Source of the DNA: Candidatus Latescibacterota bacterium
GTDB taxonomy: Bacteria; Latescibacterota; UBA2968; GCA-2709665
DNA: 64,000 bases
Direction: 5' to 3'
Assembly (NCBI GenBank): GCA_965248435.1
Contig: OZ252100.1
Location: 4,672,001-4,736,000, forward strand
Shown in pieces: positions 52,227-61,448 of the stretch; the first letter of the stretch is position 1; each line of letters begins with the position of its first letter. Below the pieces are notes generated by a model. That model made no database searches. It was not told the origin of the DNA and saw only the letters and a program-made list of their open reading frames with translations. The translations under genes were made by a program, and so were the position numbers.

Positions 52227-53831
52227 ATGGGCAACGCTCCAAAAACAATGCGGCCTAACGCAACGCCATGGTCCAAGCGGACGCTGCGCCATCTCCTGCA
52301 GGAGACGGACGAATTCATCACCTGCGTGGAACTCGTCACGTCACGCGGAATTATCACAGAGCGCCGTGGGCGGCGTGTTCTGGGGCTGGCACGCAGCCTC
52401 GCGGAGCATCCGAGAATCCACGGGTTAAGCATTACCGACAATCCGGGCGGGAACGCCATGCTGAGCGCAGATACACTGGGGACCGATCTGATCTCGCGCG
52501 GCCAGGAAGTGATTATTCATATCTCCTGCAAGGACTGGAACCGAAATGCGCTCCAGAGCCAGGGGTGGTCCATGGCCAGCAAGGGGTTCAACAATATCCT
52601 GACGTTGTCCGGCGACTACCCCATAGACGGCTATGAGGGTCTGGCGGGTGGGGTGTTCGATATCGACTCTGTCGGACTGCTGAAGATGCTTTCAGATATG
52701 AACGAGGGCCTGCAGGTCGGGGGAAACGGACGCGCCGCTGAAGTCCTGGAGCGAACGAAATTCTTCCTGGGCGCTGTGGTGAACAACCATAAGCTGCACG
52801 AACGGGAGGTCATGCCCCAGTACTTCAAGCTGGCAAAGAAGATCAAAACCGGAGCAGATTTCATCATCAATCAGATAGGATATGATTCCCGCAAGCAGGA
52901 TGAAATGATCAAGTACATGAAGTTTCACAATCTCAGTGTGCCCCTCATCGGAAACGTCTACGTGCTGAGCCGGCCGGCTGCCCGCTACTTCAACTCCGGG
53001 CGTATTCCAGGCGTGACGGTGACCGATGATTTGCTGACGGTCGCAGAAAAGCAGGGAAAGTCCAAAGACAAGGGGAAGGCGTTTTTCCTTGAATTCGCTG
53101 CGAAACAATGCGCCATCGCGAAAGGGCTTGGCTATCGGGGCATTTATCTCGGGGGCCAGCTCCGCTACAAAGACTATGAAGGGATTCTGGAGATCGCCGA
53201 CAGCTTTGGCGAGACAGACTGGAAGGGGTTTGCAAAGGAGATCCGGTTTCAGCTGCCCGGTGAGTTCTACTACTTTGAGCCCGACCCGGAGACAGATCTC
53301 AGTTCCGTCGAGGTCAACCGCGAGTACCTTCGTTCCAAGCGCCCGGAGGCCATGCGGGCATCCAGGCAGAGGATTCCCCTCAGCTACAAGCTGAATCGAA
53401 TCGTACACGACGAAGTATTCGAGCAGGAGAGCAAGGGGTTCAGCATCGGTCGAAAGGTGTCTGAGGCCATTTCGAATGCCGGAGACGGCTGGCGGAAGAT
53501 TGCGCACACTCTGGAGCAGGCGGTGAAGGGTCCGGCGTTCGACTGCTGGGACTGTGGAGACTGTTCCTTACCGGATATTGCGTATCTCTGCCCGGAGTCT
53601 CAGTGTGTCAAAAACCAGCGCAATGGACCTTGCGGAGGAACGCTGCAGGGCAAGTGCGAGATTGGAGAGAAAGAGTGCATTTGGGCCCGTGCGTATGAAC
53701 GGCTGAAGGCTTATGGGCAGGAAGAGGACATGCTGGACCGCCCGGTGGTGTTCAAAGACGGCTCACTTAAGGGCACCAGCGCCTGGTCAAATACCTTTTT
53801 GGAACGCGATCATCACGCGAAAGGGAAATGA
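52227..53831 (+). CDS. metF: Methylenetetrahydrofolate reductase with fused C-terminal MetV-like Cys-rich domain
   Basis: ITDNPGG, HISCKDWNR, LSGD, GADFIINQ; CWDCGDC...CPESQC..NGPCGG..C..ECIW. Confidence 0.85.
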   Translation: MGNAPKTMRPNATPWSKRTLRHLLQETDEFITCVELVTSRGIITERRGRRVLGLARSLAEHPRIHGLSITDNPGGNAMLSADTLGTDLISRGQEVIIHISCKDWNRNALQSQGWSMASKGFNNILTLSGDYPIDGYEGLAGGVFDIDSVGLLKMLSDMNEGLQVGGNGRAAEVLERTKFFLGAVVNNHKLHEREVMPQYFKLAKKIKTGADFIINQIGYDSRKQDEMIKYMKFHNLSVPLIGNVYVLSRPAARYFNSGRIPGVTVTDDLLTVAEKQGKSKDKGKAFFLEFAAKQCAIAKGLGYRGIYLGGQLRYKDYEGILEIADSFGETDWKGFAKEIRFQLPGEFYYFEPDPETDLSSVEVNREYLRSKRPEAMRASRQRIPLSYKLNRIVHDEVFEQESKGFSIGRKVSEAISNAGDGWRKIAHTLEQAVKGPAFDCWDCGDCSLPDIAYLCPESQCVKNQRNGPCGGTLQGKCEIGEKECIWARAYERLKAYGQEEDMLDRPVVFKDGSLKGTSAWSNTFLERDHHAKGK

Positions 53832-54835
53832 GGGCATTCCTGGAGAGACTGAAGGATCCCAAGCCCCTGCTGTATGACGGTGGTTTCGCCACGGAGCTAT
53901 TCCGTAGAAGGATAGAGCTTCCGAATTCCGCTGTTGCCAGCGTATCGCACCCGGACACAGTGGTAGACATCCACTCCAGCTACCTTGATGCCGGGTCCGA
54001 CGTGCTCGGGACCAACACCTTCGTGGCGTCGGTCCTTCATCTGGAGATGGCCGGGAAGGATCCGTCAGAGGCGGCCGAGATTGTAAAAAGCTCGGTGGAA
54101 CACGCAAGGCGGGCAATTGAGCGCGCCGAGAAGGGTGCTTACGTGGCCGGAGTGATCGGCCCCTCCCCTGGAGCGCTGGAGGCTGACAGCGGGGACACCG
54201 AATTTGGGATCCCAAATGTAAAAGCGCGCGATGCTCACGCGAGAGTTGCTGAGGCTCTCGCTGGCGCAGGCGTCGATTTTTTTGTTCTTGAAACCATGTT
54301 CTCCGCGAAGGAGGCAGCGATCGCCATAGATTCGATCAGGGAGATCGGTCTGCCTATCGCCGTGAATCTGACCTATAAGTACACGAAAGACCGGAAGACG
54401 GGTGAATGCGTTTATAGGACAGATTGGGGGCATTCCGCGGGGGACCTGCTGGACATTCTGAGCTCTGGAGAGTTCTCGGACGGAGATGACCTGCTCGAGG
54501 TTGTTCAGGTTCTTGGTCTGAATTGCGGCGCGGAACAGACACGCGAGGAACACACGGGGATGCCCTACGCGAAGATTGGGATCCAGCAGCTCCGCGATGC
54601 CATGAAGGAAAGGGGGATCAACACCAAACGGATGATGTGCTTTCCAAACGCCGGAATACCCGACCTGGACATGAAGTATAAAGTGACAACTTATTCTCAG
54701 ACGCCGGAGGTGATGGCCCCGCACCTGCCGGACCTGCTTGAAGAGGGCGCTTATTTCATCGGGGGGTGCTGTGGAACGCAACCCGCACATATCAGGACGT
54801 TCCGGGAGTCACTGGATGCGAACTGGAAGACTTGA
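53828..54835 (+). CDS. Stand-alone homocysteine S-methyltransferase domain (split MetH)
   Basis: YDGGFATEL, TNTF, LETM, GLNC, PNAG, IGGCCGT. Confidence 0.9.
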   Translation: MRAFLERLKDPKPLLYDGGFATELFRRRIELPNSAVASVSHPDTVVDIHSSYLDAGSDVLGTNTFVASVLHLEMAGKDPSEAAEIVKSSVEHARRAIERAEKGAYVAGVIGPSPGALEADSGDTEFGIPNVKARDAHARVAEALAGAGVDFFVLETMFSAKEAAIAIDSIREIGLPIAVNLTYKYTKDRKTGECVYRTDWGHSAGDLLDILSSGEFSDGDDLLEVVQVLGLNCGAEQTREEHTGMPYAKIGIQQLRDAMKERGINTKRMMCFPNAGIPDLDMKYKVTTYSQTPEVMAPHLPDLLEEGAYFIGGCCGTQPAHIRTFRESLDANWKT

Positions 54836-54844
54836 GGAGACTCG

Positions 54845-55882
54845 ATGAAGCTGAGCGGACTTGAAAGAGAATTCTTCGTGATTGGGGAAAACATCCATAC
54901 GACAAGGGTGCTGCTCAGGAAGGGGAAACTGATCGCGAACGATCCGGACGGCGATGACGCCGTTCGCTTCTACGACAACAACAAAAAGCGACGATATCTC
55001 AAGATTCCGGAGAAGGTAAAAAAGGCTCAAGATTTCCAGGAAGGTCGAGTGAAGCACATCAAAGTTGCGATAGATGCTGCGATGACGGGAGAGGAGCCCG
55101 AGGCGAGCATCGGTATGGACTACCTGAAGCGGCTCGTCAAGCGCCAGGTGGATGCAGGCGCAGACTTCCTGGACTTGAACGTAGATGAGATTTCCCTGAA
55201 AATCGAAGAGCAGAAGGCCGCCATAAAATGGCTGGTAGAGACCGTGGAGGAACTCTCTTCGGTTCCGCTGTCTATCGATTCCTCCAAGTCGGAGATCATC
55301 GAGGAGGGACTCAAAGCCTGCAGGGGCAAAGCAGGGCAGATGATGCTGAACTCGGCTTCCCTGGAGCGCGTGGATGCGCTGGACCTCGCAAAGCGGTTCA
55401 ACGCGAATGTCATCGTTACTGCGGCAGGCGCATCAGGGATGCCAGATGGAGAGGAGGAGCGGGTCACCAACGCCTCCAGTATGGTCGAGGCTGCGCTGGA
55501 GAGGGGCATTGCCATTCAGGATATCTTTATCGATCCGCTGGTGTTCCCGATCTCGGTGAACGATGAATTCGGAAACCACTGTTTCAAGGCCATACAAACC
55601 CTCAGAGGGCGGTTCGGGCCTGAGATTCACATTGCGGGCGGATTCAGCAACGTCTCTTTCGGAATTCCGAGCCGCCGCCTGGTGAACGACGTGTTCCTGA
55701 ACCTCGCCGTGGAAGCCGGGGCCGATAGCGGGATCATCGACCCCGTGACGAGCCATTTGGAAGAGGTCTTTACCCTGGACCGGGAAACCAAACCTTATCG
55801 GCTCGCTGAAGACATGCTTCTCGGCAGAGATCAATACTGCAAGAATTTCCTGATGGCTTATCGTAAGGGCGAACTGGAATGA
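54845..55882 (+). CDS. Pterin-binding methyl-THF:corrinoid methyltransferase (AcsE / MetH folate domain)
   Basis: IGENI, DLNVD, SIDSS, LNS, IDPL, SNVSFG. Confidence 0.9.
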   Translation: MKLSGLEREFFVIGENIHTTRVLLRKGKLIANDPDGDDAVRFYDNNKKRRYLKIPEKVKKAQDFQEGRVKHIKVAIDAAMTGEEPEASIGMDYLKRLVKRQVDAGADFLDLNVDEISLKIEEQKAAIKWLVETVEELSSVPLSIDSSKSEIIEEGLKACRGKAGQMMLNSASLERVDALDLAKRFNANVIVTAAGASGMPDGEEERVTNASSMVEAALERGIAIQDIFIDPLVFPISVNDEFGNHCFKAIQTLRGRFGPEIHIAGGFSNVSFGIPSRRLVNDVFLNLAVEAGADSGIIDPVTSHLEEVFTLDRETKPYRLAEDMLLGRDQYCKNFLMAYRKGELE

Positions 55883-55883
55883 T

Positions 55884-55978
55884 CGGCTACCGGGATAGGT
55901 AGATAGGCTACAGAGACCTGACGGTTTGGGGGCGACGCCTGCGTCGCCCCGAGAAATCAAAACACGGGTACCGGCTAC
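55884..55978. repeat. 95-bp composite repeat, copy B
   Basis: Direct repeat of 46645-46739. Confidence 0.92.
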
Positions 55979-56051
55979 TGCATCGCCGTGGATCGTGAAC
56001 CGTGGTTCAAAAATTCGACAGGAATCTCGGACTGATGAAGGGGTGCGCGAA

Positions 56052-56327
56052 ATGGCCGAGTATAAGGTACTCTACTGGAAGGGTATTCCCGCGCAGGTGA
56101 AGGTTTATGAGGGCAAAAAGTCCGTTTCGGGTAAGATGCCTGATCGTTTTCAAGAGGAGATCGATCAGATCGCCATGGAAGAAGGGCTCCAGCAGAGTGA
56201 GGCCTATCTGGACGAATGGCAATGGACCGAAAAGCTCGAACGTTCCGGGGATGCACAGACGGTACTGAGCCAACTGCTCCAGGAACTCGAATCCGAGTAC
56301 GATTCCAAGTCAGGGAAAAAGGAGTAA
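56052..56327 (+). CDS. 'Virulence factor' family small protein of the type found near split methionine synthase genes
   Basis: YWKGIPAQV...RFQEEIDQIAM...YLDEW signature. Confidence 0.75.
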   Translation: MAEYKVLYWKGIPAQVKVYEGKKSVSGKMPDRFQEEIDQIAMEEGLQQSEAYLDEWQWTEKLERSGDAQTVLSQLLQELESEYDSKSGKKE

Positions 56328-56620
56328 ATCTTCTCAAATCATCCTTCCCCCGTATCCTCCCACTTTCCTCGTCGTTCTCCATGATCTCGTCGTGATCCAT
56401 CGTTCGAAACGAACCAAAGGTAACAAGGGTGGCCTGCCCCTCCGGACGCAGGATCATTTTGGTCATAAGTTATCCGCCTAATTCTATGCATTGTGTGTAG
56501 GGGCACGAGGTAACGCGACTTAGAAGTTTAAAGAATATAGATGCTGAAATAAAGGTGAGGATAGATACGCGAAAAAAGGGTAACGGGTAGGGCTGAATAG
56601 GTCAAGCTGAAATAGGGATG

Positions 56621-57673
56621 CTGGATTCAATGACTAAGTGCAACACTTGGACTTGAAGACTTCAGCTGGTGTTTTGAAGTTAAGACATTTTCTTGGTCGG
56701 TTGTTGATCCGGTTCTGAATTTTCTTTAACTCGTGTTTGCTGACCTTTGAGAAGTCTGTCTTCTTGGGGAGGTATCTGCGGACCAGACCGATAGCGTTTT
56801 CCACAGCGCCTCGCTCCCAGCTGTGGAACGGTTTGCAGAAATAGGATTTGGTGCCAAGCACCTCGTTGACCCGTTGATGTTGGCCGTTTTCGGATCCGTT
56901 GTCATATGTGATGCTCTTCCTCATGTGGGGAGGATGTCGCCCAAGGCGTCGATTAATCGCTTCGGCGACCTCCGAGGGTCCGTTCTTTGCCAGCTTAGCC
57001 AGGTGTAGGTATCTCGACGATCGCTCAAGACAAGCGCCAACGGCCTGTTTGCTCTCACGAGAGATGATGGTGTCGGATTCCCAGTGGCCAGGTTGTTTCC
57101 GTTTTTCGATGTAACGGGGACGTCGATCGATCGAAATACGGCCTGGAATGTGGCTTTCCCGGTGTTTTCGGGTATGCCACCGCGGCTTTCGTTTTTTGTG
57201 AGCTCGGGATAAGCAAGCAACCAGATCCCGCTGCTTGTGCACCTTTGGATCGTAGATATACTGGTAGATGGCTTCGTGGCTGATACCCGCGCTCGGACGC
57301 TCCTCGGGAAGCCTCCCAGCGATCAACTCGGGAGACCATCCTTGCTTGAGTTTGGTCTCGACATATCGCCGGATAACCGGATTCTTCAGCCGTTTCCGCT
57401 TGCCGGCCTCCCGCTTACGTTTCTCAGCCCTTCTGTGAGCCTGGAGGCCCGAGTAACTCTCAGCTATCGGGGACGGATTACGTTTCAACTCTCTTGAAAT
57501 CGTGCTGGCGCTCCGGTCAAGGGCCTTGGCAATATCTCTAAGGCTTGCACCAGTGGCTCGACAAAGCGCAATCTGCTCGCGTTCGTCTATCGTAAGATGC
57601 TTGTAATTGTTTCCCATACACTTAGGATAGGACAGTTGCTACCCTAAGTGTTGCACTTCCTTATTGAACTCGG
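56621..57673 (-). mobile_element. IS30-family insertion sequence (ends approximate)
   Basis: Inverted ends sharing ttcaat-N4-aagtgcaacactt at ~56621-56648 and ~57646-57673. Confidence 0.85.
56634..57617 (-). CDS. IS30-family transposase
   Basis: HLTIDER, STISRELKRN, WSPELIAG, GHWESD, TYDNGSE, SWERGAVEN, NRPRK. Confidence 0.96.
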   Translation of the reverse strand: MGNNYKHLTIDEREQIALCRATGASLRDIAKALDRSASTISRELKRNPSPIAESYSGLQAHRRAEKRKREAGKRKRLKNPVIRRYVETKLKQGWSPELIAGRLPEERPSAGISHEAIYQYIYDPKVHKQRDLVACLSRAHKKRKPRWHTRKHRESHIPGRISIDRRPRYIEKRKQPGHWESDTIISRESKQAVGACLERSSRYLHLAKLAKNGPSEVAEAINRRLGRHPPHMRKSITYDNGSENGQHQRVNEVLGTKSYFCKPFHSWERGAVENAIGLVRRYLPKKTDFSKVSKHELKKIQNRINNRPRKCLNFKTPAEVFKSKCCT

Positions 57674-57682
57674 GGATTCGAT

Positions 57683-57714
57683 AAAGGGGAGCCACTGATT
57701 GGCTCCCCTTTTTT
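57683..57714. terminator. Intrinsic terminator-like hairpin
   Basis: aaaggggagcca-ctgat-tggctcccctttttt. Confidence 0.75.
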
Positions 57715-58097
57715 AATGAAGATCCTAAAATACCATCTTTACCATCGATACCCTCGAAACCCAAGCCCTGGGTCACCTTCCAGGCCGATGGTATTGCGAC
57801 GATTCCCGACTATGCCATTATAATGGCCCTGAGAACCAAGTATCCGTGCCTGGGCCGAGACCCGTCTTTCACCCGGCCTACGCTAAATACCCAAGTTTCT
57901 TGGGGTTATCCTGTGAGGGGAAAATTGTCTTGATTTAAGGCCACTCGAGCCCCTATATTGATCTTATCGTAAGTAACGTTAAAACAGTCTATTACGATAA
58001 ATACGGGGCCCACCTTGAGCCCGAAAAGTGACATATTGAACCGAAAGAGCCCGCCTGGTGAATCGCTACTTGGCGGGCTTAACCATTTGAAGCTCCA

Positions 58098-58538
58098 ATG
58101 GCCACCATCAAACTGTTAGAGGTAGGACTTATCGAAAACGGGGACAAAAGGAACAAGCGGCCCGACTCCATAACTCGGCCCATCCATTCCCTACCCTGGC
58201 TCAAGGACATCGTTGGGCGGGACCGGGAGACCTTCGTGACCTTGCACCTGGACACCCGCAATTGCCCTATTGCGATGGAGGTGGTCAGTATCGGCACGCT
58301 GAATGGGTCGATGGTCCATCCAAGGGAGGTTTTCAAGGCGGCCATTTTGAACAACGCGGCCCAAATCATCCTGGCCCACAACCATCCGAGCGGTGATCCC
58401 ACACCGAGCCGGGAAGATATCGAATTGACAAAGCGGATGCGGGAGGCGGGCGAGCTCTTGGGGATCGAGGTTTTGGATCACCTGATCGTGACCGCTGACC
58501 AAGGCTTCTTCTCAATGAAAGAGGGTAACCTGTTTTGA
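58098..58538 (+). CDS. radC: RadC-like JAB domain protein (short, mobile-element type)
   Basis: VHPREVF, AHNHPSGDPTPSRED, VLDHLIV. Confidence 0.92.
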   Translation: MATIKLLEVGLIENGDKRNKRPDSITRPIHSLPWLKDIVGRDRETFVTLHLDTRNCPIAMEVVSIGTLNGSMVHPREVFKAAILNNAAQIILAHNHPSGDPTPSREDIELTKRMREAGELLGIEVLDHLIVTADQGFFSMKEGNLF

Positions 58539-58677
58539 TTCGAATTTCAGAATGCGCTCCAATACCAAAGTCGGCTGGCTGGAAGCGGATCTCGCCACCC
58601 TCGTATTATCGTGGGGAGGGGGTGGCAGCTTCCAGCTGGCTGAATCCACCAACACCCCAACTAGGGAGGGATGTGAG

Positions 58678-59399
58678 ATGAGAATTTCAAGATGGCTCGC
58701 GGTCGGATTAATGATCTTGTTTTGCACGATGAGCAGTGCAGCGTATGCGTCTGGCTTGCCTCTGAGCGATGTCACGAAGGAGGGCTTGGTGGCCTATCGC
58801 GGCATTCTGCTCTTTGCTCACTCCAAGATTGAATCGTTGGACAAGGTAGACGTCACCGCCTTGGTAGTGCCTCAACAAGCTCTCATCACCAGCGGTGCGG
58901 TTATTTGGAAACAGAAACGATTGGGGATGGATGTGATCAAGCAGGCTGTAGCAGAAATAGATGTGCACTTCCAGCATGGATTCCGGTTATGCTGAGGATG
59001 AGCATCAGGGACGAATCAGATTTTACTGCGAGCCTGAAGATCCCCTCGTCATTCGAGGACTACCTCTTTCTTGAGAACGACGGAGGCCAATTCGTCAGGG
59101 CTTCAAGTGCAGATCTGCCGATGTTGAAAGACCTCAGTGCTTTCAACCCGGCAATTACGGTTCACGTTTTGTTTCCAGCCAGCTTACCTGAAGAAGGCGG
59201 TAAGCTGATCGCGGAGGCTACAAAAGCCGTATCATTGACTGTGTCGGGGCTCTCAGATACCGAGGACTTGCGTTTTGAATGGACCGTGCCCCTTAGAGTC
59301 CCCGAGGCGCCGCCATCACTTCAAAGAATCTTCGATATGACCGATTTTGGCCGGCTATATGAGCAGCCGAAGGATAGTGGAAACAGTTCAGAGGACTGA
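58678..59399 (+). CDS. Hypothetical exported protein, probably one gene split by a frameshift near 58980
   Basis: Signal peptide MRISRWLAVGLMIL; overlapping ORFs 58552-58995 and 58905-59399. Confidence 0.5.
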
Positions 59400-59530
59400 G
59401 ACTTGTCCGAATCTGCTGTAATTCCTCTCGACGCAAACAAGACAGGCTGTGAGGTGGTTCTCTTAGCCGCAGAATCTGTCTGATAAAGCCTTGTAAGTAG
59501 GTCATAATGATCGTCCTGGAGGCAATTCGC

Positions 59531-59614
59531 AGGCTCCATGCCGAGAAGGTCCACGAAGAACGCGAGAGAATGCTGCTGGTTGTCTACCCAAAGGACGATG
59601 TGGTCGACGTTCAT
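59531..59614 (-). pseudogene. Truncated VOC/glyoxalase N-terminus
   Basis: MNVDHIVLWVDNQQHSLAFFVDLLGMEP, then unrelated sequence from the 9-bp repeat onward. Confidence 0.7.
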
Positions 59615-59625
59615 AACGTGGCCTC

Positions 59626-60828
59626 TCAGTTTCCGGTTGATTGAACGGGGTCTGGTGCGATCACGGGCGTTTCCGTGAAGTACCCGGCTGCAACCCGGTA
59701 AACTGACCGGTGTCCGAACCGCGCCCACAGCTTCCGCAGCACGTAGACCAGCTTGGGGTTGTGCTCTTCTCGCTCCGCAAGCGCGCGTTCGGTGGAACTC
59801 TTCCACTCCCTGCCCACGCTCGCGCTCTCCACAGCATCGATCGAGTCCGCGTAGCGCGCGTGCAGATCGTCGAGACTTGCCTTCGTCGGAACGGCCTTCA
59901 GAGAGAACAGGACTCCGAGCATTGCTGTCCAGTAGCACTTGATGGCTTTTGACTGCTCATCGCGCGGTAGATGCCGAGCGATTTGTTCGACGGCGTGCAG
60001 GGATGTGACCAGGTGAAGGAGCACGAAGTCGCCGGGATTGCTCAGGTACAAGAGCATGACTGCGTAGTAGAGCTGCCCCCAGACCTCCTCCTGGCCGGCG
60101 TTCTCCATCCACAAGGGTGTGGTGTGGATGAGGGGGTGCCCTTCCGCGAGCACTCGGGCGATGTGTAGCTGCGCTCCGGTGTGCTCGAGCACTGGCTGGA
60201 ATCCGGCAGCGACACTGAGCTCCGGGCTGCTGAGCGTGTCATCGACCCAACTCGAGAGAGCTTGTCTGTCGCGGTCCCACTCGGCAGCGATTCGCTGCAT
60301 CGAATTCAACGGCGTGCGGTCAGCGGCTAGAGGCTTCGATTTGGAGAAGGTCCGCTCGGGATAGCACGACACGTAGGAGAACGCGAGGTACGCAAGGCCC
60401 TCGATGGTCATCCCCCTGTGGCCTGCGTCCAAGGCCCAGCCTAGGTGAATCGTTCCGTGGAGGAGTGCCCCCACGCACCCCCGAAGAAGCTCCGGAACGT
60501 AGACCTTGAGGGTCTGCTCGAGGCCAAGGGTCTCGACACGCTCCTCGAAGAAGCGGCAGAGAGAAGTGAACTGCTCGTGCTTCCCGAGGAAGTCTCTCCA
60601 GTTCTCTTCCGTGAGTTGGATGTCCGATTGCTTGGGAGGTTCCAGACCGAACCCGTAGGTAGTTCTCGCGTACTCCTCGACATATGCCGCGATGTCTTCA
60701 GCGGGCGCGCCTAGCCCGTTCAAGGCGATGACAGCGTGCTTGGCGTGGTTGGAAAGGTAGCCGTGGAACTCGATGTGAAAGGACTTGTCGCCCAGCATCT
60801 CGTCAACGCGGGTGTTGTGCTCGGTCAT
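59626..60828 (-). CDS. Questin oxidase-like (DUF4243) protein
   Basis: LSNHAKH, LHGTIHLGWA, DFVLLHLVTSLHA, EHNPK. Confidence 0.8.
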   Translation of the reverse strand: MTEHNTRVDEMLGDKSFHIEFHGYLSNHAKHAVIALNGLGAPAEDIAAYVEEYARTTYGFGLEPPKQSDIQLTEENWRDFLGKHEQFTSLCRFFEERVETLGLEQTLKVYVPELLRGCVGALLHGTIHLGWALDAGHRGMTIEGLAYLAFSYVSCYPERTFSKSKPLAADRTPLNSMQRIAAEWDRDRQALSSWVDDTLSSPELSVAAGFQPVLEHTGAQLHIARVLAEGHPLIHTTPLWMENAGQEEVWGQLYYAVMLLYLSNPGDFVLLHLVTSLHAVEQIARHLPRDEQSKAIKCYWTAMLGVLFSLKAVPTKASLDDLHARYADSIDAVESASVGREWKSSTERALAEREEHNPKLVYVLRKLWARFGHRSVYRVAAGYFTETPVIAPDPVQSTGN

Positions 60829-60952
60829 GTGGTTGCTCCTGTTGTCTGGGTACTACGTGCGGGGGCGATGATCTTCTTCACCGCTGGGCAATTTCAAAGA
60901 TATTTGACTAAATCAACCTGCACACCGTCAGACGCAACAAATCGCTGGACTG

Positions 60953-61258
60953 CTAATCCATGCTATGCGGCTTCACGGTTTCGTAGAGTGTAAATTCGCT
61001 AATAGAGCCTGCATCGCGGATCCGGATGATTGCTCTGTATTCGTCAGAATTATACCAAGCGCGTGCGATCTCTACGGATGGGAATTCCATCACGCCTATG
61101 AGCTTTCCTTCGACTGGCTTGTTATCACTGTCTAATTCACGACCGCGAATTAACATACCACCGCCAAATGTTTCTACCAGTGGCTTGGCGTGGTCAACAT
61201 ATTCCTGAAATTTTTGGCCATCTTTGATTGTAATATCGATCATATAAAACGCTTTCAT
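60953..61258 (-). CDS. DUF1330 family protein
   Basis: FGG.MLIRG, EFPSVEIARAWYNSDEY. Confidence 0.85.
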   Translation of the reverse strand: MKAFYMIDITIKDGQKFQEYVDHAKPLVETFGGGMLIRGRELDSDNKPVEGKLIGVMEFPSVEIARAWYNSDEYRAIIRIRDAGSISEFTLYETVKPHSMD

Positions 61259-61369
61259 TGTCTGTTCCTCTCTCTGTTTGATCCAACCGAAAACTAAAAA
61301 ACTAGACGCCGAATGTGTCCACTAAAAGCAATCTCGCCGCATGGCATTGAGAAAACACGTTGAGTTGAC

Positions 61370-61427
61370 ATGGGACGACCGCTTGCATTTGACCGCAAAA
61401 CAGCTATCGACGCCGCGCTAGCGGCTT
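61370..61427 (+). pseudogene. Truncated TetR regulator N-terminus
   Basis: MGRPLAFDRKTAIDAALAA, then breaks at GCAATTCGC. Confidence 0.6.
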
Positions 61428-61448
61428 GCAATTCGCTCGACCGCATGG

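Noticed and set aside
50867-52459. 530-aa antisense ORF over the RACo gene
   Set aside because: No recognisable motifs; shadow of a GC-rich coding strand.
54845-55882. Dihydropteroate synthase FolP
   Set aside because: The SNVSFG motif and operon context match the methyl-THF methyltransferase branch.
56052-56327. Pathogenicity role
   Set aside because: The family name is historical; the context is C1/B12 metabolism.
56470-56620. tRNA or att site at the island boundary
   Set aside because: No cloverleaf, T-loop/CCA end or matching direct repeat recognised.
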